Source: Tubiluchus corallicola
Lineage: Eukaryota; Animalia; Priapulida
Length of the DNA stretch: 64,000 bases
Reading direction: 5' to 3'
NCBI GenBank assembly: GCA_030141605.1
Contig: JAQGDQ010002400.1
Coordinates: forward strand, 28,479 to 92,478
This document shows, piece by piece, positions 30,917-44,023 of the stretch (position 1 is the first letter of the stretch; every line of letters starts with the position of its first letter). Below the pieces are notes generated by a model, which ran no database searches, was not told the origin of the DNA, and saw only the letters and a program-made list of their open reading frames with translations. The position numbers were made by a program, and so were the translations under genes.

Positions 30917-32964
30917 CTATAACAAGCCACAATTTCCACCGTAGGAAACTGACATTTTACATGAAGATAATCATTCCGCCGACCGTAATGGACTCCGATT
31001 TTCCAAAAAAACCAATTCCATCATAACGGTAAATGCTTTCCTTGTTTTTTATGGAAACCAAAACTTTATAACAAATTAACAAGTAACACATTATGCCTCT
31101 ATTCTACTTCATTTAAAACCATTGTGTTTCTACGCTTTAACTAGTTGTAAAGCTTCTGCAACTTTCATACTGAATTATAATGTGTAAATACGTAAATAAA
31201 CCTCGCTTGTTGCTTTAAAAGCTGGTGCATTCTTGAAAGATGAATACATGAATGAATGCAAAACTTAGAACTGACCTACACGTGTATAATTTTTGCTGTA
31301 AAATAAATTACTTGAATTAGGTCAGGAAAACACCTGAAAGAAACATTGTAACATTGACGACTAGAGGCTTTTTGTGTTATTAAATTTGTTTATTCTTGCA
31401 CTCTTTTTTCCCTCGTGACTATTGCGTCATGGTTTTTGTAATCGTGTCTTTAACCCTCGTAAAAGTCACGGTCTTTTCTCAGGGGTGTGTGAAGCGTGTC
31501 GCCTTCTGATTGGCTGAGCGAAATAGTTATGATGCAGCTGATGTTGCTGACTACTGATAAGCCGGTTTCGAGGGTCTCAAAAAACCTGTAAGTTTTTTGC
31601 ATGTTTAAGTATCAAATTACTGGTTTGCATGTCAACGCATCATTTGCGAGGCCTAGGAAATTCAACTGTGCAAAATTTCTCAAAAATATTGCCTGTAGCG
31701 TTCAACCATCATGTTATTTTGATCCATTTGACTTGGAAACACCCAAGGAATTTCACAAATGTGCTTGCTCATTAGAAGCCCAAACCGCGTATCGAAAATG
31801 CTTGTTGGTCTCTTTTAATAAGATAGAAAAACTCAAAAGTCAGCAGCCAGAAGTAACTAGTATCTGTGGATGGCAAGCTGATTATTGTATTAATCATTCT
31901 ATAATATAAATCCCCCTGCTAAGAAAAATGGCACCAACAACCATAATTAATGTTAATGCGTCATAAGAAAGTGTGACGCAATAGACGGTACGTACATGCA
32001 GGCATTGCAGCTTTTTATTTAAACGGCCAAAATATCTTGTGTAGTTTAATAATTACAGTGAAGTCAACTGAAACTAAAAAGTAATATGTGAAGTCATCAT
32101 CAGATGCTAAGAATACTGTAGCTTAGGACCTTGCGATCTGGACGAATCTCATAAGGTTGATTCTCCTTTTGTCTTGAAATTTAATAATTCTATATAAATT
32201 AGGCTAATTATATAGCTTTTTTTGGACACACAGTTAGAACGTTTTCAATCGGCACTTATGCGGGGTCCTCTAAGTGTAATTTTTTACCGCTCCATACCTG
32301 TAAAAGCCCCACTAACTTTCTGTATTATAATGCTGTAGAGGTTCATTACGTCACACGTGACTCATTATGTATCAAGGCACCATTATGTAACAAAAATACT
32401 ACATTATACAACAAATCTCATAATTCGTCAACATGAAACAATCGTTAAGTAAGTTTTTGCATCATTCATTATGCAATAATCATTAATAAACCGAAATCTA
32501 GACCACTTGGCCACCCAACACAGAACAAGATAATGTAGAGTTGATTGTGGTCTGTGATTGGATCTTATCACAGTCTGGATAACAGTGCAGTTTCTGTTCT
32601 AGATTTGAGTTTGCTTCCGCCTTGATCTGGTCTGGCCGATGGCAGGTCTGGCCGAAGTGCGATCGATTACAGCTAAATGAATTACGTAGTTAAAATAATT
32701 AAACAACAATTAAAGTACATACAGACTTTGATCAGCCATACGTTTGTTTGTTGCATAATGATTGTTATATAACGACGCAAAGGTGTTACATTATGACTGT
32801 GACACAAAGACGTAAAATTTGCAACATAACGACGAATTTTGTGATTTGTTACATAATGTACAGTATATCTGACGCTTTTGTTAAGTCGAAATAACAATTA
32901 CAAATTGCTGTGCAAACATTTATGCTTAAGACGCCTGCTGATTTTGCGCAGTAGTTCTTTTTAT

Positions 32965-33197
32965 TGTACGTTCAGACTAGATAGTTCTCTCGGAAGTTCT
33001 TTCGCAAGTTCTCTCTGAGAGTAAACTCGCAAACGTGAACGGCTTTGCAAGTTCTTGCGCAAGAACTCTCAGCAACTCTCACTGAGTTTACAATAATTTG
33101 CGAGAGAACGTGCACGGCTGTTCACACTTACGAGTTTGATCTCAGAGAGAACTTGTGCAAGAACTTGCGAAAGAAAGCTGTCTAGTTTGAATGCGCC
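32965..33197. mobile_element. Palindromic MITE (PIF/Harbinger-like)
   Basis: Imperfect ~80-bp inverted arms: GTACGTTCAGACTAGATAG..GTTCTCTCTGAGAGTAAACTCG..GTGAAC versus GTTCAC..CGAGTTTGATCTCAGAGAGAAC..CTGTCTAGTTTGAATGCGC. Confidence 0.75.
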
Positions 33198-33485
33198 ACT
33201 AGGTTTTCGTCTGATTTGACTAAAAGAAATGGCAAATTTTTAGTTAATTTGTACTAATCTGAAGCATTTCGCTTTGTTTGTTAAAAATATAAAAATGTAA
33301 AGTGTATATTCTTATGCGACACTCTCTATGCGTCTTTTGACAGTTTCGAGAGAATGAATACTAAGGACGTTCTCAACCACTTGAAATCTATCAATTCCAT
33401 AATTCTTTCAAATTTTGTTAAGATCTACACGGAAGTTCCAGGTCATGGAAAATAATGACGAGGTGGGGACAATCATAAACACTAG

Positions 33486-34988
33486 TTACGTTAAGAATTT
33501 TCGCCATTGCTTTAATCTAAATCGTATGGCTGCTATAAGTTTTTCTTTGTATTTTATTGCAGCCGGTATGAATTCACGTGACCGATTACTGGTTTTAAAA
33601 CAGTCCTTAGCTGACACTCTATAATGATGCAGTTTGGCAATTGTAAAATTAAGCATTTTACATCGTTTACAAGCGCCAGCTGGCTCAATCACCTTATGAG
33701 TTCCAACTTCTACGACATTTTCCGGTACCACCATCGGCTTGTAGTGCCATTCCTTATCTTCATAGACAGCACCGTGTACGTTCTGTACCGTTACAAGTTG
33801 TTTTTCTATTGCAGATCTACTTCTACTTCGTTTAGCATCCAACATGTCGTCAAGGCTTCGACGTCTATGGCAGTTACTCATTTTAAACCATTTAAACATG
33901 ATGGTGGAATAACTTTTCGGTTGTAAGTTCAAGTTCGTTTCCGCAGCCTTTATAATGTCAGGCCATAAATGGTAGGCAGGCGATAGAAGTATTTCGTCCC
34001 AGTCTATAAACAGCATGTATTTTGCTTTGTTCATATAGCGATATAAACAGTCATTTTTTGTTGAGTGATCCGAGGGCGACTTGCCTCCTTCCACCTTCCA
34101 GAACCCGCCTTCTGGAGAGCGAAGACCCGTTGGGTATGGCGAAGCCCGCAAATAGAGCGGCCATTGAATTATTTGCAGGAATTCTGTCCCATCATTGGCG
34201 TAGCCATGCAACACTCTGTCTACGTTTTTAGAGTGTTTACTTCCATTGTATATCACAACTCTTTCAGCGCCCAAAATTTTATACATTTCGAATGCTTCGA
34301 CCAGTCTCATCCAATCAGAGAATAGCTCGTCTCCTGGCATAGTTATATATTTCAAACAAACCACAAATTCCAACTTTTCCCTCACGTCTTTCCACGTGTT
34401 GTGCACGTGAAGCTCATTTTGAATCACATTTTCTTCTTTTGTTGTGACAGAAACCTTTTCTGGCACGTTTGTTGAGTCGCTGACATTGCAGTAGATGAAC
34501 ACTGGGATATACTCAACGTGAATGCTATTTATTACCTTGCCTCCAAATTGGCCCAAAACTACTTTGTTGCTACCATTTCCGTACGTAAAGTTACAGTAAA
34601 TAGACTGTTGGAAGCTGCTTTTCCGCGTAAGTGCTATTATCCTGACCACAGCCTTGTTTGATTTGACAGTAGTGTTGTAAGCCATAGCCTTGCTTAATTT
34701 ACCAGCAGTGGCATTGGCAGCCATACAGCTTGACTTCAACTGTGTTCTTGCGTCGTAAAATGCGGCAAATATGGCGGTTCCCTGTTTTCTGCTTACCATT
34801 TGCCAGGTTTCTTGAAATTCTGCATCTGCACTCTTTGCATTAGTTTTAAGCGAAGAGCTGAATAATCTAAGTTGTGATGTAGACAAAATCCTGGCAATTT
34901 TCCTTGGATAATAAGTTACGTACGTTTGTTGCAACAATACACAAATAATAAACAAAACAACAAGGTGACCTACATACTTTGCTGTCAT
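33486..34988 (-). CDS. Glycosyltransferase family 92 (GALT-1/DUF23-like) type II membrane protein, 500 aa, single exon
   Basis: N-terminal signal-anchor (HLVVLFIICVLL), IFAAFYDAR, FVVCLK, RLVEAFEMYKILGAERVVIY, NDCLYRYM..YMLFIDWDE (DxD), KPMVVP..VGTH, LHHYR. Confidence 0.85.
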   Translation of the reverse strand: MTAKYVGHLVVLFIICVLLQQTYVTYYPRKIARILSTSQLRLFSSSLKTNAKSADAEFQETWQMVSRKQGTAIFAAFYDARTQLKSSCMAANATAGKLSKAMAYNTTVKSNKAVVRIIALTRKSSFQQSIYCNFTYGNGSNKVVLGQFGGKVINSIHVEYIPVFIYCNVSDSTNVPEKVSVTTKEENVIQNELHVHNTWKDVREKLEFVVCLKYITMPGDELFSDWMRLVEAFEMYKILGAERVVIYNGSKHSKNVDRVLHGYANDGTEFLQIIQWPLYLRASPYPTGLRSPEGGFWKVEGGKSPSDHSTKNDCLYRYMNKAKYMLFIDWDEILLSPAYHLWPDIIKAAETNLNLQPKSYSTIMFKWFKMSNCHRRRSLDDMLDAKRSRSRSAIEKQLVTVQNVHGAVYEDKEWHYKPMVVPENVVEVGTHKVIEPAGACKRCKMLNFTIAKLHHYRVSAKDCFKTSNRSREFIPAAIKYKEKLIAAIRFRLKQWRKFLT

Positions 34989-35152
34989 TGCCGAACGGCT
35001 GCCAATGAACTACTACAGTACTTAAACTGTAAACGGGTGCCGTTATTTCTATGGTAACTTCGCTCCATGGTTTTTCAAAAAAATGACGTAAAACAATAAA
35101 CTATTAGCCTTCTTGATACTTTAGTAGTGTGTCAGTTCATTGGTTGTAGCAG

Positions 35153-35769
35153 CAGGCCGGCTCTAGGTAGTTTGACATCCTGAGCAACGTATTTCAGCGC
35201 TCCCTCCTCAACGGTTCAATCCCTTTGCTCACGGTTCCTAGTTTGCCTCAATATTGAGCTTTTTCTTGTGTAATATTATAATAGAGTAAAATCGTACCTG
35301 TGTGTTAGGTTTACACATGTATTACAATGTACTAATTAAGAGTAGTCAATTACCTTTCTACAGTTGATCAAGCTTGAAATTGAATTTATCACTGCTTGAA
35401 TTTAAAATTGGATTTACGACCCCCAATGTCCTCCATGTGAGTCGCCAGCTTTTTTATCTTCCGTTTCCTATATCCATATTTGATTCTTATAAGCTTGTCT
35501 GCCGTAATTGGAAAAATGATACTGCAAGAAGTTTTTTCATTAACGGAAAGGTCATTCTGTAGAAGAGAAAGTGTTTTGCTGAGGGAAGACACTTGCTGGC
35601 ACCGACTAATCATACGTTTTGACAGAAAATTGACGCCATTGGTTCATTTCATTTTAATAGTGTTGTTCACTTAAGAAATTACACCTACGCTATGCTATTG
35701 CTTAGGCTAAACTTCAAAATCGAAGAATTACGTTCAGAACTTGGCGCCCTAGTGTTAGAGCCAGCCCAG
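35153..35769. mobile_element. hAT-like MITE, degenerate
   Basis: Ends CAGGCCGGCTCTAG / TTAGAGCCAGCCCAG. Confidence 0.5.
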
Positions 35770-36284
35770 CGAAGCAGTGACAATAATTAATAGTTTTTAG
35801 TTTAACCCATAAGCTAATGAGACCACCAATTATGCTATTAAAATAAGCCAATTTGCTCACTTGCCATGAAGGTTGCTGTACAGTTTGGGGAAATTTTGCT
35901 AGAAGCAATATATTATACACGAGGCGTCTGCCGCCTCCAATCTTTTCCTAAGTCCAATCTTTTCTGAAAAAAGCCTCTCTGTTCAGTAACGTTTAGTTAC
36001 AAAATCAAAGCACACATTCATGCATATTCACTGCCAACAATATCTCGCGTTTCATAAACAAGAAGGAAGCAAGTTTTGTCTCGCATTACAAGAAAGCTTT
36101 CATCATTTTCCAATTTCTGGTTGTTTTGTGTAGTTGATATATTTACTGGCAGTGTTTCTTAATTTTTCCGTAAGTGATCGAACCCAAACGGGTTCCACTT
36201 TAAACATTAATTAATAGTTAAGACTTAACTAAAACTAACAATTTTGAAAGAGAATGGAGTTGAAAAAATGAGCTGAAGGATTGG

Positions 36285-36370
36285 GTGTTGAGCCAGTAAC
36301 TTGAATGGTAGAACAGCTGCCTTGTAAGCAGAAGGTTTTCCGTTCGAATCTTGGTTGATTCGTAATTTCT
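36285..36370 (+). mobile_element. Degenerate tRNA-like SINE head
   Basis: TAACTTGAATGGTAGAAC..GCCTTGTAAGC..GTTCGAATC; acceptor stem not intact. Confidence 0.45.
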
Positions 36371-36649
36371 CAACACCGCGCTCTTTCACTTGATTAGCCT
36401 AAACTAATATTTTTTCAAATTGGCACAAACTATGTTTTGCACTATGAGATCAAAATCTTAATGTTAATTAAATTTGTAAACGTTTCAATATTTTCATTCT
36501 GGGGCATTTTCAATTAATGACATTTTCAACGTTTCCTCGCATTTTTATTCTTTGCTGTTTTGCGACTCTCACAGCCAGACTTGTTTGCATCTTCGGTCTA
36601 GTGAACATCCCATCCGATCAGCTGATGCAATTTCGTCAGCAACAGGCCA

Positions 36650-36850
36650 GAGCAGACCACTCTGACCTTTAGGAAACATTGAAAACATCGTCCCGTCAAT
36701 CATTGGCCGCACCCGCAAATGCTACACGCTGATTGGCTAGCCCAGCCGTCAGTTAGCCGACATAACAACCAACCGCATGACTGAACTGTGACGCACCCAC
36801 GGCGTGACGTCACAAACTGGAAATGTGCAGGGTCGAGTTTAGGTGAAACA
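36650..36850. promoter_or_regulatory. CpG-rich promoter-like island (two ATTGG/CCAAT boxes, CRE palindrome GTGACGTCAC)
   Basis: ATTGG at ~36702 and ~36732, TGACGTCA at ~36805, and a candidate donor GAG|GTAATT at ~36917. Confidence 0.5.
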
Positions 36851-39800
36851 TGTTTTGGAGTTTTATTGTTCTGTTTACCGTTTGCTTCAAATGACAAACA
36901 ATTTTTACATTTCGAGGTAATTAGCAACACAGGGCAAGGGTCTAACCAGAATTTCACTGAAGTATGCTATCATAAAATCGTAAATTTAACTTGATAAAGA
37001 TCATACAGCGAACTTTTCTAATTATATAGACCTGCATATTTGACATGGATTGTGCGTGAAGTTAGGCTAGCGGCAATTCAGTAAGGAAAACTTACTTGTT
37101 ACAGAATTATTTGTAATTCGTAAAGAAAACTAAAATTAAAAGAAAAAGGGAAAGCGAAAAAATGGAAATGACCATTTTGATTTTATCTTCTCTTCTTTCC
37201 TTACTATTTCCCCCTTCTCTCTGTCTGTGTACGTGGGGTCTTTATCCCTTTCTCTCTCCCTCAATCACTGACTAACTCCTTCGCCGTTTTCCCCTTTTTC
37301 TCTGTCAGTTTCTCTGTCACTTTTTCTTTTTCTATCTTGCTTTCTAAAACACTTCTGCAATTCATTTAATGTTGTACTTTTTTCTCAAGCAAATAATAGC
37401 GTATAATAGTGGTTACAACATAGCAACTGCAAGGTGACACGTCGTGTCTAAAACATTTATATTTGTTGCACGTTTAATAGCACGTTTGAAATTTTATTGC
37501 CTTTGTGCTGCAAAAAAAGTGCAAAACTCTTTTATCATCATGAACGCACCATCAAGGCGAACAAATTTATTACCTGATGTGAGTTTGACTGATTTTGGCT
37601 GATGCAACATCCCCGAGTCTTGAGAAGTGTTGGTATTAGCATGGCCTATGTTTGTACTTAACTGCTTATTGGATTAGTCGACCAGTGATGGTGTTACAGT
37701 TGACAGTGCATTTTCATTTGAAATGAATTAAAATTTATTTTCCTCCATCAGATTACAAAATATGCCGTAACCACATCCAGTCTATAGTAAGAGTACGCTG
37801 GTATATACAGATAAATAGGGCGTAATAGCCACTACTGCAATTGAAGTGGAGAGAAGAGAGCGAGCTGACCAAAATGTCATATGGTCAGCTATCCTTTTAA
37901 TGTAAATAAGCGTAGTAAATAATCGCAGGCAGCACTAAAGAGCTACAGGCAAATTAAATTAATTCTAACGTTCAGTTAACTGACGTACCTAGCATATATG
38001 TAATAATTGTATATGTCATACTGAAGTTGTATTGATAAGTGAACGTTTAATTGAACAGGATTATAATTTATTAAGTTAACTGTAAAATGCCAGAAAAAAT
38101 GAACTGTGCTTTTGATTGCAGTACTGCCTCTGGATTTAATGTTCAAGCAGCCTCACAATTTGTCAAAGCAGAGCAGTATTGTTCTGAGGGCTCTTTTGTT
38201 GCACCTCCTGGCCTATTTGGCTCATTCTGGAATCCCACTCGGGGGGGGGGGGGGAAAATCTTGCCGGACTGGTGGGGGGCACTTCTTATAGCCGAGGGAC
38301 ACAAATTCTTTCTGAAAGTATTTTTTCTCAAAATTTTCATGCAAAATCTTCGATTTTTTTCCTCTCTTTATTAACAAAAACTGCAAAACTGTTCCACATT
38401 TTAATACTCATCAAATTTACATCGTAATTATTACTTGAGGTAATATTTTTCCTCGCACCTGAATACATTGCAATTTGTTCTTCCCTACATAGGGACAGGG
38501 AAAAACTTGCCAGAGGCAGAACGTGCTGGTATAACGTTATTACATACTAATTACGCAGTAACTGAATTATTATATGTAGTAGCGATCTCGTTCTATAAAT
38601 AGGCTTGCTGCTAGGAAGATAAGATATACTGATTTTTGCAGCAGCCCAGTTAACCATCCAAGCCTCACCAATCCCCAGTATTAAAATTCAGTTCATAATA
38701 AGAGTTGTCTTGCTGATTCATTGAATTGTGGCTGGCTTTAAATTGTGCTATTATAGTTACCGTAGCAACTGGTCTTGCTACCAAGTCGCCAACCACTACG
38801 AGAACTTAATTACTTTTTGAGACTATAAAAAAACTTGCTTCAGTAGTTAAGCAACATCAGACATAAGAAGTGCTTAGCTGGGTGAGATATTTTGCAGAAT
38901 TATTGTTTGAAGTTGCGTCCTAGCAAAGCGATAGAACCTGTGAGCCAAACAAAATAAAGCGCTCCTTTCTTAGTATAGGTCTAAGAAATCTTGTGGTACA
39001 ATATTTACAATAAGGCAAAATTATTTTGGTAAGTATCACAGTTTTTAACCACACTACGAATTACACTGTATCGTCTGGGATGACCTATTCCTGCCTAGAT
39101 TGTCTTGGCTCCAGCATTGGGAAGTCGTCATTGAGTGTTGGTACTACCACACTCAGAGATGTCCTAGTAGTCAGAGAACTTCAGAAAATATCAGAGTTCT
39201 TCAAAAAGCAGTCAACCAAAGTTGCTGGCGCCATCTATTCGTCAATATAAAATTAAAATGCGATCAACTGACAGAACTGGCAGTGTCCTTTGCCCTCGAT
39301 AGACTGAATTTAAGTTTAGAAAATGGCGAATATAAACATATGTGAATTGTGGTTAAGATGGAAAAAATATTTAAGTATCTATGACATTTTTCACTAAACT
39401 CTATAACCATATGGAGAAAATCATAATAACTACGTATAAGATGTGTAATTGATCTTCGCAAAATCTGCAGCTATGGAAGGCATTGTAAGTCTGCTAGGTT
39501 ACCTCTCTAGTTAAGTTACTTAGGTTACAATATCATTCATATTTGTTTATTATAGAAAAAATTAATTTAACAATGTTAAACAAAACTGATTGATTAATCG
39601 AGAAAGTTGGTATACAAAAAATGTAAGCGGTGGACCGTGATAGTGCTTTGTTTTAAAGACAACAGACTTAAACAAGAAGCATCCAAGCATTAATTGCCAC
39701 TTTAATGTTTTGCCACTTCCTTTTCAATGTTTGCATTAACGTGACTTCCGATAAGCTCTTGGGGATAAATAAAACACTACAAGAACGTTAATGCAGCACC

Positions 39801-41838
39801 TTAAAAAGTCAGTTGCGCAGTAATGCGCATTGGTTCAACGGTTTAGGCTTCATGGGTTTAGAGGTTTTGTTGATGAAGCCAGCAGCTATACGCGTAGGGC
39901 ATTCTAGCAACTACGAGGCTGCGTTGTTGTTATTGCTGCATAAATCAGTGGTCTAGAAGAGTGCGCTTTTGTATTGTGTAGTAGAGTATTCCAGGAAACC
40001 AAAAAACAGGTAGGCCCTAGTTACTATCATTAACCATTCAACTCATTTAACTGCTATGCTCAAAATTTAACAACAATCCATAATATTTACAACTGTTACT
40101 GTGAAGATGAGAATTGTTTTCGTGTCCCCATACCTACACAATATGTGTATGTGATAATCTAACTATAACGTATCTATTTGGGGCATTAAATAAAACAATG
40201 GAGCAGATAATTACTCCTGAGTAGCCCTGGTATCAGCAGACAATGACGCCATCATTGAATGGCAGTACAGGCACCTAGCAATGGCCATATGGTACGGAGG
40301 GAAGTTTCATGAAGCGGCAGAAGTAATTTGCCATGAAAATTTCCTAAGTTGCCCTAGTATGAGTGATTTCTAAATAAGTACAAACAACGTCATTGACTAC
40401 ATAGTTATGAAAACAGTGTCTAAAAACAAAATATTTTACATTTATAGGTCTATATGTTTACGTTTATTTGTATTTATACGTATTTTTACTCAATATAATC
40501 CAGAATACACAAAGTGTCAGCCTTGCTACAAAAAAGTAACCACAAGTAGATGTAAACGTATTTTTTAATATTTTAATTATTATAATATGTTCTTTAATGC
40601 GTTTTTAAAGTTGTTTTCATTCATTATTGTCTGAAATTAAAAATTAAAGGAGAGAGAAAAAAACGAAAGAGTAATGACAGTAATGAGGAATGGTCCCATT
40701 GAGAAACCAACATGAATCGTACCTCTGTTCATTTCTGGCATTTCACTCAAAACTAAATGCTCTTTATAATAACTTTTAGCAGTTTTTTCAGTTTCAGTTT
40801 GGTTTCTTCTGCACGGCAGAGGGGGGGGGGCAATAAAAATGTACAAATAACTTATGAGGTTTGGTGAACTCAGACTGATAGCTGGTGCTATTGTTTATAC
40901 TAAGATGATTAAAAGTTAAAAACAATTCGTCGTACAACAAACACTTTCATTGCGGCCACTAAAAAGAGGTGGTGCAGTAGGTAAACACTTTTTGAATATT
41001 GAAGAATTATTTGCCCTGAACATTACCACAATTTGCCCCATAAAAGTACATTTCATTTTCCCTGGTAGAACAACTGCCCCCCCACCCACCCCCGCCACTT
41101 CGTACGCTTATGCCGAATGCAAATGTTTTTATTGTATATGTAAGGTGGTAGTTTCACTGCTGAGCCAACTAACCACGCATAAAATTTGCTACTTAAAACC
41201 GCAATGATACTGTAATAGTAAGGCATGCGAGACATCTCGGCCTTTTGGTTCTTATCATCATTAGCACTTGTTTTACTCAAAGTACGCAGCATTCATACGT
41301 TAATAGAAAAATTGGAGTTTCATAGCAATGGAAATATAGGCCTATTTCCAAATTTTTATTAAAGCAGATTGCTGATATAAGCCACGTTTTCTTTATTAGG
41401 AAACCGTTACGGAGGAAATAAAAATTTAGTCGCACGAGCGACAGAACAATTTTTTTGCAAAGAGCTTAAATATACACAATGCTTTGATGAATTAAGTAGC
41501 AGAGTACTTTGCTTAACAGCAATGCACAAAACAGCTACTACAGTTATAATGTCACAATATAAGTAATGTGATATACACGTGTAAGCAATAAATGAAAACA
41601 TACACATAATGTACAGGGTGTTCCAAAACCAGAAGTGTACTAAAATACCAAAATTCTTCATAATTTTTAGTACACCAAGCAATATTAGTGCACCGTATAA
41701 AGTCGATTAAATATGACCAGACTTGTGCTGGAATGTACAAAAACCAAGTCATATGCTGTAATCTAAGAATATGCTATTGTTTCTTTTGGAATAACCTGTC
41801 ACTTATTCTGTAGGCATAGTAACAATATTTAATGTGAT

Positions 41839-42230
41839 CAGGGCCAGATTATCCTATAGGCTAGTATAGAGTGCAGCCTAGGGTCCTTCAAGTTTGGGGC
41901 TCTTCAGCTTTGGTAACATTTGGTAAAAAAAAGGTTTTTTCATTACGGTTGTGTCGAAAAACGTGCTAATTTGGTTTGCGATAAATAGTAAAATAGTGGT
42001 ATTTCTTAAAAAATATTTCCATTGGCAAACAAAAAAGAAAGCTATTCTAGTTTATTTGAAGAATTTGCACTAAGTTAACTGCAAGCTATGTAAAAATGTC
42101 GCTGAAATATATCAGGAGTAAAAAAATCTTCAAGACGGATGCAGGCGAGGTGGAAGGGAACTCCAGCTGAGGGGCCCCATAATTTCATTTCCATTTTTGG
42201 TAGGGGACCCAAAAGGTCATAATCCTGTGG
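41839..42230. mobile_element. hAT MITE, relative of 55954-56391
   Basis: CAGGGCCAGATTATCCTATAGG ... CCCAAAAGGTCATAATCC; both ends resemble the 55954 copy. Confidence 0.65.
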
Positions 42231-42321
42231 CAAATGGTATTGAGCTCTATGGTTTTATAAACCTGCAATAGTTTCGAAAATCTGAAGCCTGTGGTTTTTC
42301 CTTCAATGTTTGTAGGTTATT

Positions 42322-43640
42322 ATGGCGGATGTTGTTATTTTGAGTTTGCTGGGAATAACGACATGTGCGTACGCATACTACGTGGAGACCCGCAAGGAGC
42401 AGGACCCCTCCTACCGTGCAATGTGTGACTTCAACGAGTCGATGAGCTGTTCTAGAGTTCTAACTTCTAAGTAAGTCTGGTTTAAACAAAAACGTAAAAC
42501 ACGAGATATGAAGATAGGAAAAAAGAAAAGAAAGCATTGGGAGAATGGGGGCTGAAAAAGAGAGAGGGGCAGAAAAACGGAAAGAAAAAGAGGAGCAGAG
42601 AGAGAGAGAGAGAGAAAGAGAGAAGAGAGCTCGAAAAGGAGGGAGAAAGATAGAAGAGAGTGAAAGCTTTTGAGAGGTTATTTAGAGGGAGAGAGAGAGA
42701 GTTGGGGAAAGAGACACCAGTTTCGGTAACCATATACCTACTTGTGAAAGGAATACCAATTTCAGTAACCATATACCTACCTGTGAGAGAGATACTAATT
42801 TCATTAACCATATATATATGTACCTACCTGTATTGCTATAATTGTTGTCACTTTTAGGTATGCAAAAGGATTTGGAGTGGTTGAAATGCTATTAGGCAAA
42901 GCACATTTTCTTAACAAGCCAAATTCACTCCTTGGTATGATTTTCTACGTAACGCAACTTCTTCTTAGTAAGTACCAGACCGTAATGATTTTAATGTTTA
43001 ATATTTAACGATTAATCAGCTAGTGTCTCTGAAAGCATTTGTATTGAGACCTATGTAGGTTTACGTTCATTATGACTCATTTTTAATTGCTAATTACCGT
43101 AGAAAACAATGAAATGAATATGACCGTATTCGTTTTTAAGGAATAACTGTTACTACTACTATTATTATTATTATTTAATAATAATTATTATTATTATTAT
43201 TTAATTAAAGGTATACTAGTCTTCGTTGGCTGAATGATTTTAGTAGATGGCGACAGTGGTGGGTTAGCAAAAGACTATCACGCATAACGCAGTCACATTT
43301 ATTGCCGAGAAAAAAGCATAGACATAGACATAATAAGCAGGAGTTTTTTAAAGCACATATAATGTATATAATGCAGGAACTTTGTAGAAAAACTATGTTA
43401 ATTTTTATTAACTATATTATTCTCTTTGCAGGTTTCATAAAAACACCCATGACATGCGCAGTACTCTTTTATACATCTTTAGTATCGTGTGTCGGGTCCA
43501 TTTATCTCGCATATATTCTTTTTGTAATTTTAAAAGACGTGTGTGTAGTGTGCATTGCCACATACATCATTAACGGAAGTTTAGTGTATATAAATTACCA
43601 CAATTATATGAGTATTATGAACAAACAATACCTCCTCTGA
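42322..43640 (+). CDS. VKORC1: Vitamin K epoxide reductase (VKORC1/VKORC1L1 family), 3 coding exons, 155 aa
   Basis: Exons 42322-42470, 42858-42967, 43432-43640 (468 nt). Loop cysteines in YRAMCDFNESMSCSRVLTS, GFG, PNS..G..FY, active site CVVC-IATY. An acceptor at 42315 suggests an upstream non-coding exon. Confidence 0.93.
42711..42812. repeat. 39-bp tandem repeat (~2.6 units) after a GA-rich tract
   Basis: TTTC(G/A)(G/T)TAACCATATA recurs at 39-bp spacing in VKOR intron 1. Confidence 0.8.
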
Positions 43641-44023
43641 GATATTACCGTAATTATATTTGTGCTTTACAAGTTTACATATAATATTATAAATTTTAGC
43701 CGCTGTTGGCCTACAAACACTGTACATTTTATGAATATATCAATAGTTCAATATTTTACAAATAAATATTCCAGGCAAGAATTTTTGCTTTGTGATATTC
43801 AAGAAAACAGAGTTGATACATGTTTTGTGACTTAACATAATGAAAAATGGTTTCCATGGCAACCAACGAAAAATTTCCTGTGGCAGCCTCAAAAGTTTGG
43901 AATAATTTGTCTTAGGAATGATAATGAAGCCTGTGAAGTACCACCAGAGAAAGGAGGGCAGTCAACGGCGAACGCATATAACTATTGTAGCTTCTCATAG
44001 ATCTAACAGATAATTAACATGAG

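Noticed and set aside
38087-38374. Small protein or selenoprotein (..CEAA-TGA) candidate
   Set aside because: No family motif or SECIS seen; the ORFs run through a poly-G tract and repeat-like sequence.
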